In this document: positions 27,303 through 36,026 of the stretch, piece after piece
Layout: each line of letters begins with the position of its first letter
Position numbering within the stretch: the stretch's first letter is position 1
IMG/VR virus record: IMGVR_UViG_3300038674_000376
Location: 1-36,302 of that record
Source: a virus
Lineage: Duplodnaviria > Caudoviricetes
Length of the DNA stretch: 36,302 bases
Direction: 5' to 3' (one strand)
Notes under the pieces: generated by a model
What the model saw: only the letters and a program-made list of their open reading frames with translations
Database searches by the model: none
What the model was told of the DNA's origin: nothing
Program-made: the position numbers and the translations under genes

Positions 27303-27437
27303 AGTGATATTTGTGCATATTTGTGTATCTTATTTTGCACTACCCCCTTTCCTTCGTCTAATTATCTCATAAGAGACATTGCCGTTGAATAGCCAGCGTA
27401 TCGCTACGTTAGGGTTCTGGGTTTTTAAATATCACTA
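27303..27437 (-). ncRNA. Candidate structured leader RNA
   Basis: 10-bp closing stem AGTGATATTT/AAATATCACT enclosing TAGC/GCTG and TGTCTC/GAGATA hairpins. Confidence 0.45.
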
Positions 27438-27476
27438 GATTTGGGATTGACCACCATTTTGTAAAGTTTTAATTAT

Positions 27477-27659
27477 TTACAAATCTCTTCCATAACACTC
27501 TGGCGAGGGTGCTTGAAAGTTTATCTTAGGAACACGTGTGGTATTATCAGCGAACTGACAAACGTCACAATGTTTTTTGTTACAGTTACTCGGGCAATCG
27601 TTAAGTTCTTTACGCTTACGGGTTGCAATGAGTTTTTGCTTAGCTAGAAACCTTCCCAT
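27477..27659 (-). CDS. Small Cys-rich (Zn-binding?) protein
   Basis: MGRFLAK... with CPSNCNKKHCDVC; 60 aa. Confidence 0.65.
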   Translation of the reverse strand: MGRFLAKQKLIATRKRKELNDCPSNCNKKHCDVCQFADNTTRVPKINFQAPSPECYGRDL

Positions 27660-27768
27660 ATTTACCTTCCTTCCTATTATAGGGTTCAAGTTTTTTATGT
27701 TTTAGTTTCTTTTTGTATGGAGCTTGAGCCATTTCTTTCTCATCTCTCCAAGGTTTACCTTTTGCCAT
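27640..27768 (-). CDS. Small basic peptide
   Basis: MAKGKPWRDE...LEPYNRKEG; 42 aa; start reassigned to 27768. Confidence 0.55.
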   Translation of the reverse strand: MAKGKPWRDEKEMAQAPYKKKLKHKKLEPYNRKEGKYGKVSS

Positions 27769-27775
27769 AGTCACC

Positions 27776-28051
27776 TTATTTCTTATAATTAGGTTTGTGA
27801 TATTTAACTCCACATATTTTGCAGTAAGTACGTTCTTTAATCGTTTTACTTTCTGCTTTTGCAGGATCAAACTCATGATCCCATTTATGTCCTTCTAGGA
27901 CACATGTGATTCTGTTTTTATCACTCTCTGATGGCGATTCTTTTTTGAGAATTGCACACCAGAATGGCAAGTTCCAATCAAACACTTTGTTTGGTTTTAG
28001 TTTAAATAAAATAAACCAAATCAATTTTAATTTCTTGATAAAATTTTTCAT
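27776..28051 (-). CDS. DUF1660-like phage Zn-ribbon protein
   Basis: CVLEGHKW...RTYCKICG pattern. Confidence 0.65.
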   Translation of the reverse strand: MKNFIKKLKLIWFILFKLKPNKVFDWNLPFWCAILKKESPSESDKNRITCVLEGHKWDHEFDPAKAESKTIKERTYCKICGVKYHKPNYKK

Positions 28052-28334
28052 GTTTTTACATTTTTAAAATATTTTAGTGAAATGATGACGCCCAGGGCAT
28101 TCTGGGATAATTTAATAATCAATATAAATGCCTATATTGATAGTAAAAAGAAAATGTTACGCTTAACCATCTTGTTTACTAAGTTAATACGAATTACACT
28201 TTTCAACATTTGTTAATAATAAATAAGCCTACACTAACATATCTTTTAAATAAAAAATACATTAATTACTCAATTAAAATGACAATCGCAAAGTTTTAAG
28301 TCTTTGCAGTATAACTGTCAAATTATACTTATAA

Positions 28335-28475
28335 GACTACCTGATTTTTACGTCCGCACGATCAATAATAACAACGTTCGATTCGAAATCATTTGCTAGC
28401 AATTATTGTTATTATATACGCCCCACAGGTTTGTCATCTTCTGAAGACTATATCTATTCTCACGAACCGATATAG
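28335..28475 (-). ncRNA. Candidate multi-stem structured RNA
   Basis: CTATATC..TTC-GTGA-GAA..GATATAG hairpin; nested GAC/GTC, ACCTG/CAGGT, CGTA/TGCG and ATAATAACAA/TTGTTATTAT stems. Confidence 0.55.
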
Positions 28476-28499
28476 CGAGTCGTTCATAAAATATGGCTT

Positions 28500-28922
28500 T
28501 TATTTGGTGTCTTTTATATGAACTGTTACAGTGTCTTTAATTAATGGTGGGTCTTTCGTCAGTATATCATGACCGACTCGAGCACCATACTCAACACCTT
28601 TGTAGTATTCAATATTACTGAGAATTTCATTTGAAACCTTAATCGGCGTTACAGAATCTGTACCAATTTTCATCAGTACCGCTCGTAGCAGATTGTCTGA
28701 TATACTACAGTAAACACTGTCAGCATATCTCTCAGTTCTAACTGAATCACGTTTCGCCAACTCACTTTCGATCGTTGGTGATTTCACTGTGATAATTACT
28801 TCTTTTGTTTCGGTTTTGGTAAACCATTTGTTAATTTCATCTCTTTTCAGAAATGTAACCAAGATAAGTCCTACTAAAAAGATAAGACCTAATACCGCAA
28901 ATACTTTTTTTCCTTTTTGCAT
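28500..28922 (-). CDS. Membrane-anchored hypothetical protein
   Basis: N-terminal TM segment VFAVLGLIFLVGLILVTFL. Confidence 0.8.
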   Translation of the reverse strand: MQKGKKVFAVLGLIFLVGLILVTFLKRDEINKWFTKTETKEVIITVKSPTIESELAKRDSVRTERYADSVYCSISDNLLRAVLMKIGTDSVTPIKVSNEILSNIEYYKGVEYGARVGHDILTKDPPLIKDTVTVHIKDTK

Positions 28923-28947
28923 AAATTTAAATTTTGATAATTAATTA

Positions 28948-29199
28948 CTATTTAATCGTGTCTCCAATATTAATATTGAAGAATACGTGAGCTTTCACGT
29001 AAACACGATTCTTTGATTTAGTTATTGGGTTTTCTACTATTAAGAACTCCTGATTAAAGAGTTCACCCTTCCTAATTACAACACAATTTTTATAATTATG
29101 TTTAAGTTCAATGTAATTTTTGGGAGTGTTGTTATGAACAACAATTGGTATACCCAATAAGAGTATACCAATTATAATCCCGGACAAGAATTTTTTCAT
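28948..29199 (-). CDS. Small membrane-anchored protein
   Basis: N-terminal TM segment, C-terminal IGDTIK; stop TAG immediately followed by TAA. Confidence 0.75.
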   Translation of the reverse strand: MKKFLSGIIIGILLLGIPIVVHNNTPKNYIELKHNYKNCVVIRKGELFNQEFLIVENPITKSKNRVYVKAHVFFNINIGDTIK

Positions 29200-29214
29200 A
29201 CCACAAAATTTTTG

Positions 29215-29341
29215 TTATCTAAAATGGATTCGAACCATTATATAACAATCAAGCATCATGATTATTATGTTTTCCCTGTATCAAATTTTGATACCCGTAA
29301 CCATTGTTTTACAAACACAATGTGGATTAAACTATTAGATA
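29215..29341 (-). ncRNA. 127-nt tRNA-like RNA with D-loop replaced by a two-hairpin insert and a 10-bp anticodon stem
   Basis: TATCTAA/TTAGATA acceptor, TA linker, GTTT/AAAC D stem, AATGG-TTCGAAT-CCATT T arm, A discriminator. Confidence 0.75.
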
Positions 29342-29643
29342 AATAATAAATTACAATAATACTTCACACTAGCTACATGTTTCATATTATTCCAGTTATG
29401 TTTTGTTGCTAATGCGGCTACATAACAAGCGAGTATTTCACACTGTCGATCAAACAGTGTTCTTACGATTATCCTTATTCTAAAATATGATTTCTTGGGA
29501 CAATAATTTTCATAAAGAATATCATAGCTTACTCATTTCATATTTTAAAATATCCAAAATATTGGTAATACTTCAGATTTTTTTCGGATTAGCACTTCCC
29601 CACCTTTACCAATAGGTTGGAAGTTAATGGAAAGATTATTTTT

Positions 29644-30879
29644 TCAAATCTTATCCTTTATTTCTTTTAATTTCTTTAAATATTTGGTATCAATTGGCAA
29701 TTGGTATCTTGCACAATTAATTATATGTATAAGTATCAACATCTGATATATGTAATCAGTATAATTTAAACTAACCATACAAAAACGAAACTCAACGGTG
29801 TTAAAACGATCATTCCAACGCATATTATCTACGAAAAATCCAAAATATTGTGTATTGATACCTAGATCAATTTCAAAGATATCACACAATAGTTTAAAGT
29901 TATCTATAGTTAATTTTGTTGCATTGTTATATATATCCATCGTACGAGGTTTTCTATTATTCTTGTTATGGAATTTGGTATCAGCTTCGTTTAATACACC
30001 ACAGTCTATATGCATATGTACTGATGAATTTTTCGCTAGTTTGTCATTTTCTTTCATATATTCTAAAAGAATATACAATCCTTTGAAACCAGCAATACCG
30101 TTCAATCGTATACGATTTTCACGTAAACGCCCTGCATGATCTCCATCATATCCTGAATCAAATGATATACAACCATTTTCTAGTATTCTATGTTGAATAT
30201 TATCTGGAGTTTTAGTTCCATCATATTCAATTTCAATACCAACGTTGATGTAGTTTTTACGCATTGATGTAATTTTCCTATTATATGCTTTGTTAAGTAA
30301 TTGTACAAATTCTTTTAATTGTGCAATAAACTTATTTTTACACTTTAACCAAAGTTTAGCATCTTTTATATTGTCGAACATTGGTATTACGATATATATA
30401 TCCCTAAAAAACAGTGTATTCAATAATCCTTCAAAATAGCTAACAGAATGCGGTAAATAAATATTATCTACATTGCGTCCCCAACGTTCAAAACTAAATA
30501 ATTTATATCGATTTAAAACTTCACGTTTAAGTGTTTTCATTTTATTCATCAATTTAAATAATTCATTTTCTTCATAACTATGCAAGTTAAAGAACATTTC
30601 ACCTTGGATTGATGCATTTAATTTTATAGGTTTTTTTTGTTTACCCGCTTCTAATAACATATTTACATTAATAGAAGAAAATTCCGTTATTAATCTCTCT
30701 ATACTTTTTGTTTTTGGTTTTCTCCAACGTACATCAGGATTAACAATTTTTTCAGTTTTATATGACCATAGTGAATTTATCACTTGATCACAATGACGTT
30801 TGTTACTCTGTTTTGCTTTAAACAAAGTAAGAGCTGTCGGTGATGTCATCATCGCAGCGAGTAAGTCATCTTTCCACAT
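29644..30879 (-). CDS. Putative amidoligase (COOH-NH2 ligase type 2-like) domain protein
   Basis: VGIEIE, RENR, SSVHMHID and TVEFR motif order in the C-terminal half. Confidence 0.7.
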   Translation of the reverse strand: MWKDDLLAAMMTSPTALTLFKAKQSNKRHCDQVINSLWSYKTEKIVNPDVRWRKPKTKSIERLITEFSSINVNMLLEAGKQKKPIKLNASIQGEMFFNLHSYEENELFKLMNKMKTLKREVLNRYKLFSFERWGRNVDNIYLPHSVSYFEGLLNTLFFRDIYIVIPMFDNIKDAKLWLKCKNKFIAQLKEFVQLLNKAYNRKITSMRKNYINVGIEIEYDGTKTPDNIQHRILENGCISFDSGYDGDHAGRLRENRIRLNGIAGFKGLYILLEYMKENDKLAKNSSVHMHIDCGVLNEADTKFHNKNNRKPRTMDIYNNATKLTIDNFKLLCDIFEIDLGINTQYFGFFVDNMRWNDRFNTVEFRFCMVSLNYTDYIYQMLILIHIINCARYQLPIDTKYLKKLKEIKDKI

Positions 30880-30892
30880 AATAATGTTTTTA

Positions 30893-30928
30893 AAAAGAGT
30901 ATACTATAATTAAATAATATACTCTTTT
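30893..30928. terminator. Terminator-like hairpin
   Basis: AAAAGAGTATA/TATACTCTTTT. Confidence 0.6.
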
Positions 30929-30943
30929 GTTAAAACTTACTTT

Positions 30944-31213
30944 TTAATATCCACGGCGACATGGTTCACCGTCACGGGAAGATGTTGATTTCTTGTCTTC
31001 CTTCTTGCTTTCTTGTTGTTCTTTGGCAATCACACCAGTTAGAACAATATCCACAGCAGTTGCAATTTCAATATCTTCCTTATAGGCTTTGGTGGTGAGT
31101 AAAGCTTTTGCTAAAGCCTTTTCATCTTTCGAGCCTGAAGCTATTAATTTTGCTGCTTTGGAAGTTGGTGACAATTTAATGCCACTTGCTAATGAAAATA
31201 GATCCTTTTTCAT
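30944..31213 (-). CDS. Hypothetical protein
   Basis: Start MKKDLFS (31213); 89 aa. Confidence 0.7.
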   Translation of the reverse strand: MKKDLFSLASGIKLSPTSKAAKLIASGSKDEKALAKALLTTKAYKEDIEIATAVDIVLTGVIAKEQQESKKEDKKSTSSRDGEPCRRGY

Positions 31214-31245
31214 AATTTTGATAATTAAATAAATAATAAATGAAT

Positions 31246-31704
31246 TTAGTTTAATGGAAAACTTTCCATGTGTATTTGCTCTAGTAACCATTTTCGATAC
31301 TCTTTCAAAACTTCTATTTTTGAAGTAGTATCATCAGATGGGAACCACATAACATCAGTGAATCTAGGATTGTTATTCTTATATTCTTCAACATATACTG
31401 GATGCCCTTTAACAAGCTCCAATATTGTAGGAAATGCTTGAGTTAAATACATAGGTCTTACATATAATTCCTCGTATTCTTCTTCAATTGCACTGCTCAA
31501 TGCAGTTGCAATATGCATTGCTGGTACTTCTTTAATCTTCATTATTGCTTTTTCAACAAAATATAATTTGTCTTGAGCATTAAGGTTACAAGAAATAACT
31601 CTTTTCTTTGTTGCATTTGCATCCCATTTAGAGATTACAGTTAATATAACAAACCCTATTGTGACAACAGTCACAACAAATAAAACTAATTCAATAATTT
31701 CCAT
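31246..31704 (-). CDS. Membrane-anchored hypothetical protein
   Basis: N-terminal TM segment; 152 aa. Confidence 0.75.
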   Translation of the reverse strand: MEIIELVLFVVTVVTIGFVILTVISKWDANATKKRVISCNLNAQDKLYFVEKAIMKIKEVPAMHIATALSSAIEEEYEELYVRPMYLTQAFPTILELVKGHPVYVEEYKNNNPRFTDVMWFPSDDTTSKIEVLKEYRKWLLEQIHMESFPLN

Positions 31705-31954
31705 TTGATATGTATTTTTAATTAATTAATCAATTTTGCATTTTACACCTAAAACTTACTATATACCGTACGCCTACAATAGTAGATTACGATTAATAAG
31801 AAACTGGTGCACTCAATGACTTGTGAAGTTATTAGTTTTTGGTATTAAGTTATATTCACGACCCAACTTAAAAAGGACGGCTACCTGTCTTATATACCGC
31901 ATGAGCTAGCGGTTATCGTATATTTATTTGATTTCACTCAAATCAATATTATAA

Positions 31955-32272
31955 TTACCACAATGGTAGTAATAATCCACAACGTTTTTGTTTTTGTTTT
32001 TGTTTTTCTTCTTTGATGAAGTTTTTAAATTCGTCACTACAATATATATTCAACCAGAATTCTTGATCAGAGTCATTACACAAATCCAATGCAATATAAA
32101 TTGACATTGATATGTATTTAACCATAGCAATTTGATTACTTTGTCTGTAATAACTTCTTGTTTCGTATATAATGTTAATGTATCTACCCAGAGCTTTATG
32201 TTTCTTTAAAAACATAATTAACCTATAAGGCATCTTATACCTTATTTGTTTCTTTGATAGCCGATTTTCCAT
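31955..32272 (-). CDS. Hypothetical protein
   Basis: 105-aa ORF. Confidence 0.7.
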   Translation of the reverse strand: MENRLSKKQIRYKMPYRLIMFLKKHKALGRYINIIYETRSYYRQSNQIAMVKYISMSIYIALDLCNDSDQEFWLNIYCSDEFKNFIKEEKQKQKQKRCGLLLPLW

Positions 32273-32278
32273 GATGTT

Positions 32279-32890
32279 TTATTTTTTAACATGCGTACAA
32301 AACCCTAAATCCTCTATAGATTCGATCATTTGCTCGTATTTTTTTTCAAACTTCGAACAAATATTATCAAATTCTTTAACACTTATTTTACCGGATACAG
32401 ACTTTTTTATCAACTCTTGTTTAAACGGATACATTAAATCCAAACATTGTTCATTTGCTTTTATATCTTTAATACTACATATATTGTATTTTAAAGTAAC
32501 CCAAAGAACATTGATATGATTCCGTATATCCTTTACCAATACATTAGAATTAATAATATTACCAAAATCTTTTGTAATCTTTGTTAATATTAGTTTTTTT
32601 CGACCTTCTGAATCATCGTTAAAGAAATCATCCCATTTTGGTTTTACGCCAACTAATAAAAGTTTTGGTAAACTTAGAATATCAACACAGTCTGAAACTG
32701 AAACCTCTTCGGTATCTGTCACAATATCTTTAGTACCACACTCTAACTCCATAATCATAGATTCTGCAAACATGTCTCCATGAACTACAGCAATTCTATC
32801 AAATAATTCTTTGAATTTAGATTCTAGAGTGCTATTATTTACATACTTTTCTGTAAGTAAATCAACAGTTAGTTTATTTATTGGTTTCAT
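32279..32890 (-). CDS. Hypothetical protein
   Basis: 203-aa ORF. Confidence 0.75.
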   Translation of the reverse strand: MKPINKLTVDLLTEKYVNNSTLESKFKELFDRIAVVHGDMFAESMIMELECGTKDIVTDTEEVSVSDCVDILSLPKLLLVGVKPKWDDFFNDDSEGRKKLILTKITKDFGNIINSNVLVKDIRNHINVLWVTLKYNICSIKDIKANEQCLDLMYPFKQELIKKSVSGKISVKEFDNICSKFEKKYEQMIESIEDLGFCTHVKK

Positions 32891-32896
32891 TTCAAT

Positions 32897-33352
32897 TTAA
32901 ATTAATTCACACATTTTCTGTAAAGCATCATCTAAAGCTTCTTCATAAGATGGAAAATCTTCAGCATATATACCTTCTTCCAACTTCTGGCCTTGTTTCG
33001 TGATTCGATACATCCAAGATTCTTGCGAACATGAATATATTGTTACATGCAACTTATGTTCATCTCTAAACCATTTTTGGGCTAGATATGATTTTACCAA
33101 AGGAATGACTTCTTGCTTTTTTATAGCACCATTATCTAGCTTTTGTTCAAAGCTTTTAATAGTTGGATCATAACGAACAATAACTTCACATTCAACCCAA
33201 TTTGCTGGATCTTTTCTTACTTCTGGATCTGTGGACTCACAGTGAAAGTTAATTCTTCTAATAACAAAGTCAATGGGAGTATTATATCCTTTCTCTTCTA
33301 ATTTTTTTGCAGTTTCTAATGATGCGAAACCGTTGGATATTAATTCTAACAT
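32897..33352 (-). CDS. Hypothetical protein (Bacteroidota-phage type)
   Basis: Start MLELIS (33352); SLETAKKLEEKGY, AQKWFRDEH and SYEEAL motifs. Confidence 0.75.
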   Translation of the reverse strand: MLELISNGFASLETAKKLEEKGYNTPIDFVIRRINFHCESTDPEVRKDPANWVECEVIVRYDPTIKSFEQKLDNGAIKKQEVIPLVKSYLAQKWFRDEHKLHVTIYSCSQESWMYRITKQGQKLEEGIYAEDFPSYEEALDDALQKMCELI

Positions 33353-33395
33353 AATTTGCCTATTTAATTGATCATTAGACGTAATAGTAAACAAA

Positions 33396-33430
33396 CAGAA
33401 GCCACTCAACATTTCTGCTGAGTGACTCTG
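33396..33430 (-). terminator. Intrinsic terminator
   Basis: - strand CAGAGTCACTCAGCA-GAAA-TGTTGAGTGGCTTCTG followed by TTTGTTT. Confidence 0.75.
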
Positions 33431-33437
33431 CTACCTC

Positions 33438-34112
33438 TTAAGCTGGTACTGCTGGAGCGGGGCCGTAGATAGGCGAGCCGTCTGCGTTAGTACCGATTTG
33501 CACAATCGTACCTGCCGCTGCCTGAGCTGTTTGAGCTGTTGCTGCCGCTTGTTGTGCTTGAGGTGCTTGAGGTGTGATGGCTGGTGTCTGTAAAGGCTCC
33601 GTTGCTGCTGGAGCAATTGCCACAGGTTCGCAGTAAGCCTGAAAGGCACGCATTCCCTGTTCCGCAAGTGACATACCTCGTACCATTTGCTCTTTACCTT
33701 GTTCATCAGTGTAATACTGAACGAATACAACGATACCAGTTTCTTTTGGATATACTAAAGGTGTCCCGTTACTTGATTTCACATAATCACCCGCTTTCCA
33801 ACGTCCTGTTGGGTCATCAGTAAGGTGACGTTTGTAGAAATCTGTAGCTGGGTAATAGGTCTCAAATCTACCGAAGATATACTCCAGTGATTCAGGAATC
33901 GGTTTAGCCTCTGCTGCTGTACCACCGTTTGCAATTGGTAGTAATGGCTTTAGGATATTAACGATGTTGGGAAGAAAAGAGGTAAACCTCTGTGACTGTT
34001 CCCAATAACAATTCACGTTTGTAGCATCTGCTACAATGTACTGATTGCCAGCATTTTGTTTGCCTGCTTCTACTGTTTTGATTTGGATGTTCTCCAGTTT
34101 AAACATTGCCAT
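33438..34112 (-). CDS. Early hypothetical protein with A/P/Q-rich tail
   Basis: 224-aa ORF with higher GC and its own terminator. Confidence 0.85.
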   Translation of the reverse strand: MAMFKLENIQIKTVEAGKQNAGNQYIVADATNVNCYWEQSQRFTSFLPNIVNILKPLLPIANGGTAAEAKPIPESLEYIFGRFETYYPATDFYKRHLTDDPTGRWKAGDYVKSSNGTPLVYPKETGIVVFVQYYTDEQGKEQMVRGMSLAEQGMRAFQAYCEPVAIAPAATEPLQTPAITPQAPQAQQAAATAQTAQAAAGTIVQIGTNADGSPIYGPAPAVPA

Positions 34113-34689
34113 GGTCTTTAAAATTAAATTGTTAATAAATAAGTTAGCGCTATATATTAAATGTTAAATTAATGTTAAAATAAAGAGAGATTGCTATAAA
34201 TGAGGGAACTAGGATAGTCCTCTTTTAAGACCATCGTCTACTCAAACAATCTCTCTTAAAACTTACTCTAGTTGTGTTGAGTCAGTGGACGTTAACCACG
34301 CATATAGTACTTTATTATCAATCGTCTCTTAACAGAGTTGACCATGATAATTGTACTGCCTCTCAAACGTTTTGTCAGTAAGAAAATAATAATTAAAAAT
34401 CACACGTATATAATAACCTATATACCTGTGACCAAAAACATCCCAAAAACGTACTGACAAGTCCACTAGTGCTTATAACAAGTCTACGCTACGTGATGTC
34501 TTTTTGTTAATAATTTTTAATGTTTGTCCAGAGCTTTATAAACATTTGCAACTATCTATAAAGATGTTGGATATGGTGGTTATCCCATGCTAGAACCTTA
34601 ATTATATGTTACTATAATTATGCGCTACTATTCTAACTTTAATAGCATTCCTCATATTATAAGGTTAATATGAAAAAACCTTTTTTAAT

Positions 34690-34950
34690 ATAGCATTATT
34701 GTGTAGTTGTGGATGATTTGTTATGGTTTGCTTTATATACGCCACGTACTATACACTACGTACTAAGCACCATAAACTATACACCATAAAGTTGACAGCA
34801 ATCTTTATACTATCAACTCACAACTATGCACAATGAGCTATAAACAATGTTTTTATTTTCATTGCATCATTGTGTAGATGGGGTTGAATTGTATGTTTTT
34901 ACTTTTACTATTAATAGTAATTTATATTTACAAAACTATATACTATACAC
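34690..34950. repeat. Direct and inverted repeat cluster in a ~900-bp non-coding region
   Basis: 28-mers at 34693-34720 and 34864-34891 (23/28 identical); inverted copy at ~34812-34842; ACTATACAC at 34748, 34776 and 34942. Confidence 0.65.
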
Positions 34951-34990
34951 TATGTATATTTATATGTTCTGTGTACTAAAAACTTCGATG

Positions 34991-35013
34991 GAATGGGGAA
35001 TTTCACCCCATTC
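34991..35013 (-). terminator. Terminator-like hairpin
   Basis: GAATGGGG/CCCCATTC, right after a TAG stop. Confidence 0.6.
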
Positions 35014-35016
35014 ATT

Positions 35017-35415
35017 CTAATTACCAAAGCAACCATTGTTAGTATCATCCATCCTAGTAATACCCAGTTTCTTCAATAGATCATCTACAGGATCATTTTC
35101 AAGTACTACCATCTCATCAAAAACCTTAGCTAAGATGAAACTTATGCAGTCTGTTATACTTTTCTCAGATAATTCCATTGAACTACCTTCTTTACAACCT
35201 GCTATAAACTCCTCATCTCTCACTGTTATTGTTACACCACAGAAACATGGCTTATTCAACTCGTGAGATGCCTTTTGTGCCATCTTGGTAATATCTTCAA
35301 TACTACCCATAATATCAGATACACAATTGGCCCCTGCTACTGCTACATTAACTCCATTAACAGGTACATTCTCTTCATCGAATGATTCACATAATAAAAC
35401 ACCTAATTCTACCAT
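35017..35415 (-). CDS. Acidic hypothetical protein (TAG stop)
   Basis: 132-aa ORF. Confidence 0.75.
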   Translation of the reverse strand: MVELGVLLCESFDEENVPVNGVNVAVAGANCVSDIMGSIEDITKMAQKASHELNKPCFCGVTITVRDEEFIAGCKEGSSMELSEKSITDCISFILAKVFDEMVVLENDPVDDLLKKLGITRMDDTNNGCFGN

Positions 35416-35494
35416 AATAATTGTTATTTAACGTTAAATAATATTAATTAATAACCCATAACATCAGTAAAAATACCGATGAAATGGGTTAATT

Positions 35495-35725
35495 TTACAT
35501 ATCTTCAGGCTCATCATCACGGTAAGTCATATACGCCAAACCAGCGAAGAACAGGCCAGTTATGAAGAAACTACCAGCCCAACATAATATTTCTATTACT
35601 ATCGCTCCGTCTAGTCCTCTAAATACCCAAAACAGGGTTGCAATACATGCTGTAAGCATTGACATAAATGTCAATAACAGCATCAACTGAAATATACCTT
35701 TAAAAAGGTTAAACAGTCTTCTCAT
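35495..35725 (-). CDS. Small membrane protein (2 TM)
   Basis: Two hydrophobic helices and an acidic tail. Confidence 0.75.
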   Translation of the reverse strand: MRRLFNLFKGIFQLMLLLTFMSMLTACIATLFWVFRGLDGAIVIEILCWAGSFFITGLFFAGLAYMTYRDDEPEDM

Positions 35726-35751
35726 AATTATATATAATTAAAGTTAATAAT

Positions 35752-35999
35752 CTATAAATGTGTTCAAGTGGTTGAGTTGAATCAAAGGATAAGCAAGTAT
35801 TACACCTGCTTATCAATTTGAACATAGCAACCCTTGTACTTGGGTCGCGTAATCACTTCTTTGGCTGCTTTCTGTGCAGCTTTGATGTCTTGGTAGTCTA
35901 CACTACCTGTGGCAATCACTTCCTTACCACGTTTGATAATTAGTTTCATATATCTTAATATTAAGTTAAAACTATGTATGTGGTCAAGTGGATGAATTG
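35752..35999 (-). promoter_or_regulatory. Duplicated 28-bp upstream element, candidate early promoter (copies 35752-35779 and 35972-35999)
   Basis: CTATAAATGTGTTCAAGTGGTTGAGTTG vs CTATGTATGTGGTCAAGTGGATGAATTG (23/28); each lies between a hairpin and a start codon. Confidence 0.6.
35800..35949 (-). CDS. 49-aa basic protein (below ORF-track cutoff)
   Basis: MKLIIKRGKEVIATGSVDYQDIKAAQKAAKEVITRPKYKGCYVQIDKQV-TAA, with the repeated upstream element and a hairpin at 35788-35814. Confidence 0.7.
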   Translation of the reverse strand: MKLIIKRGKEVIATGSVDYQDIKAAQKAAKEVITRPKYKGCYVQIDKQV

Positions 36000-36026
36000 G
36001 GTAAAAATAAATAAAACCAGTAGATG

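Noticed and set aside
29251-29260. tRNA-His(ATG) call for the 127-nt element
   Set aside because: The loop TGATGCT lacks U33 and purine 37, and the stem is 10 bp; decoding is unlikely
33431-33730. 99-aa Q/R-rich alternative-frame ORF
   Set aside because: It is a by-product of the GCA/CAA-rich low-complexity tail of the 33438-34112 gene
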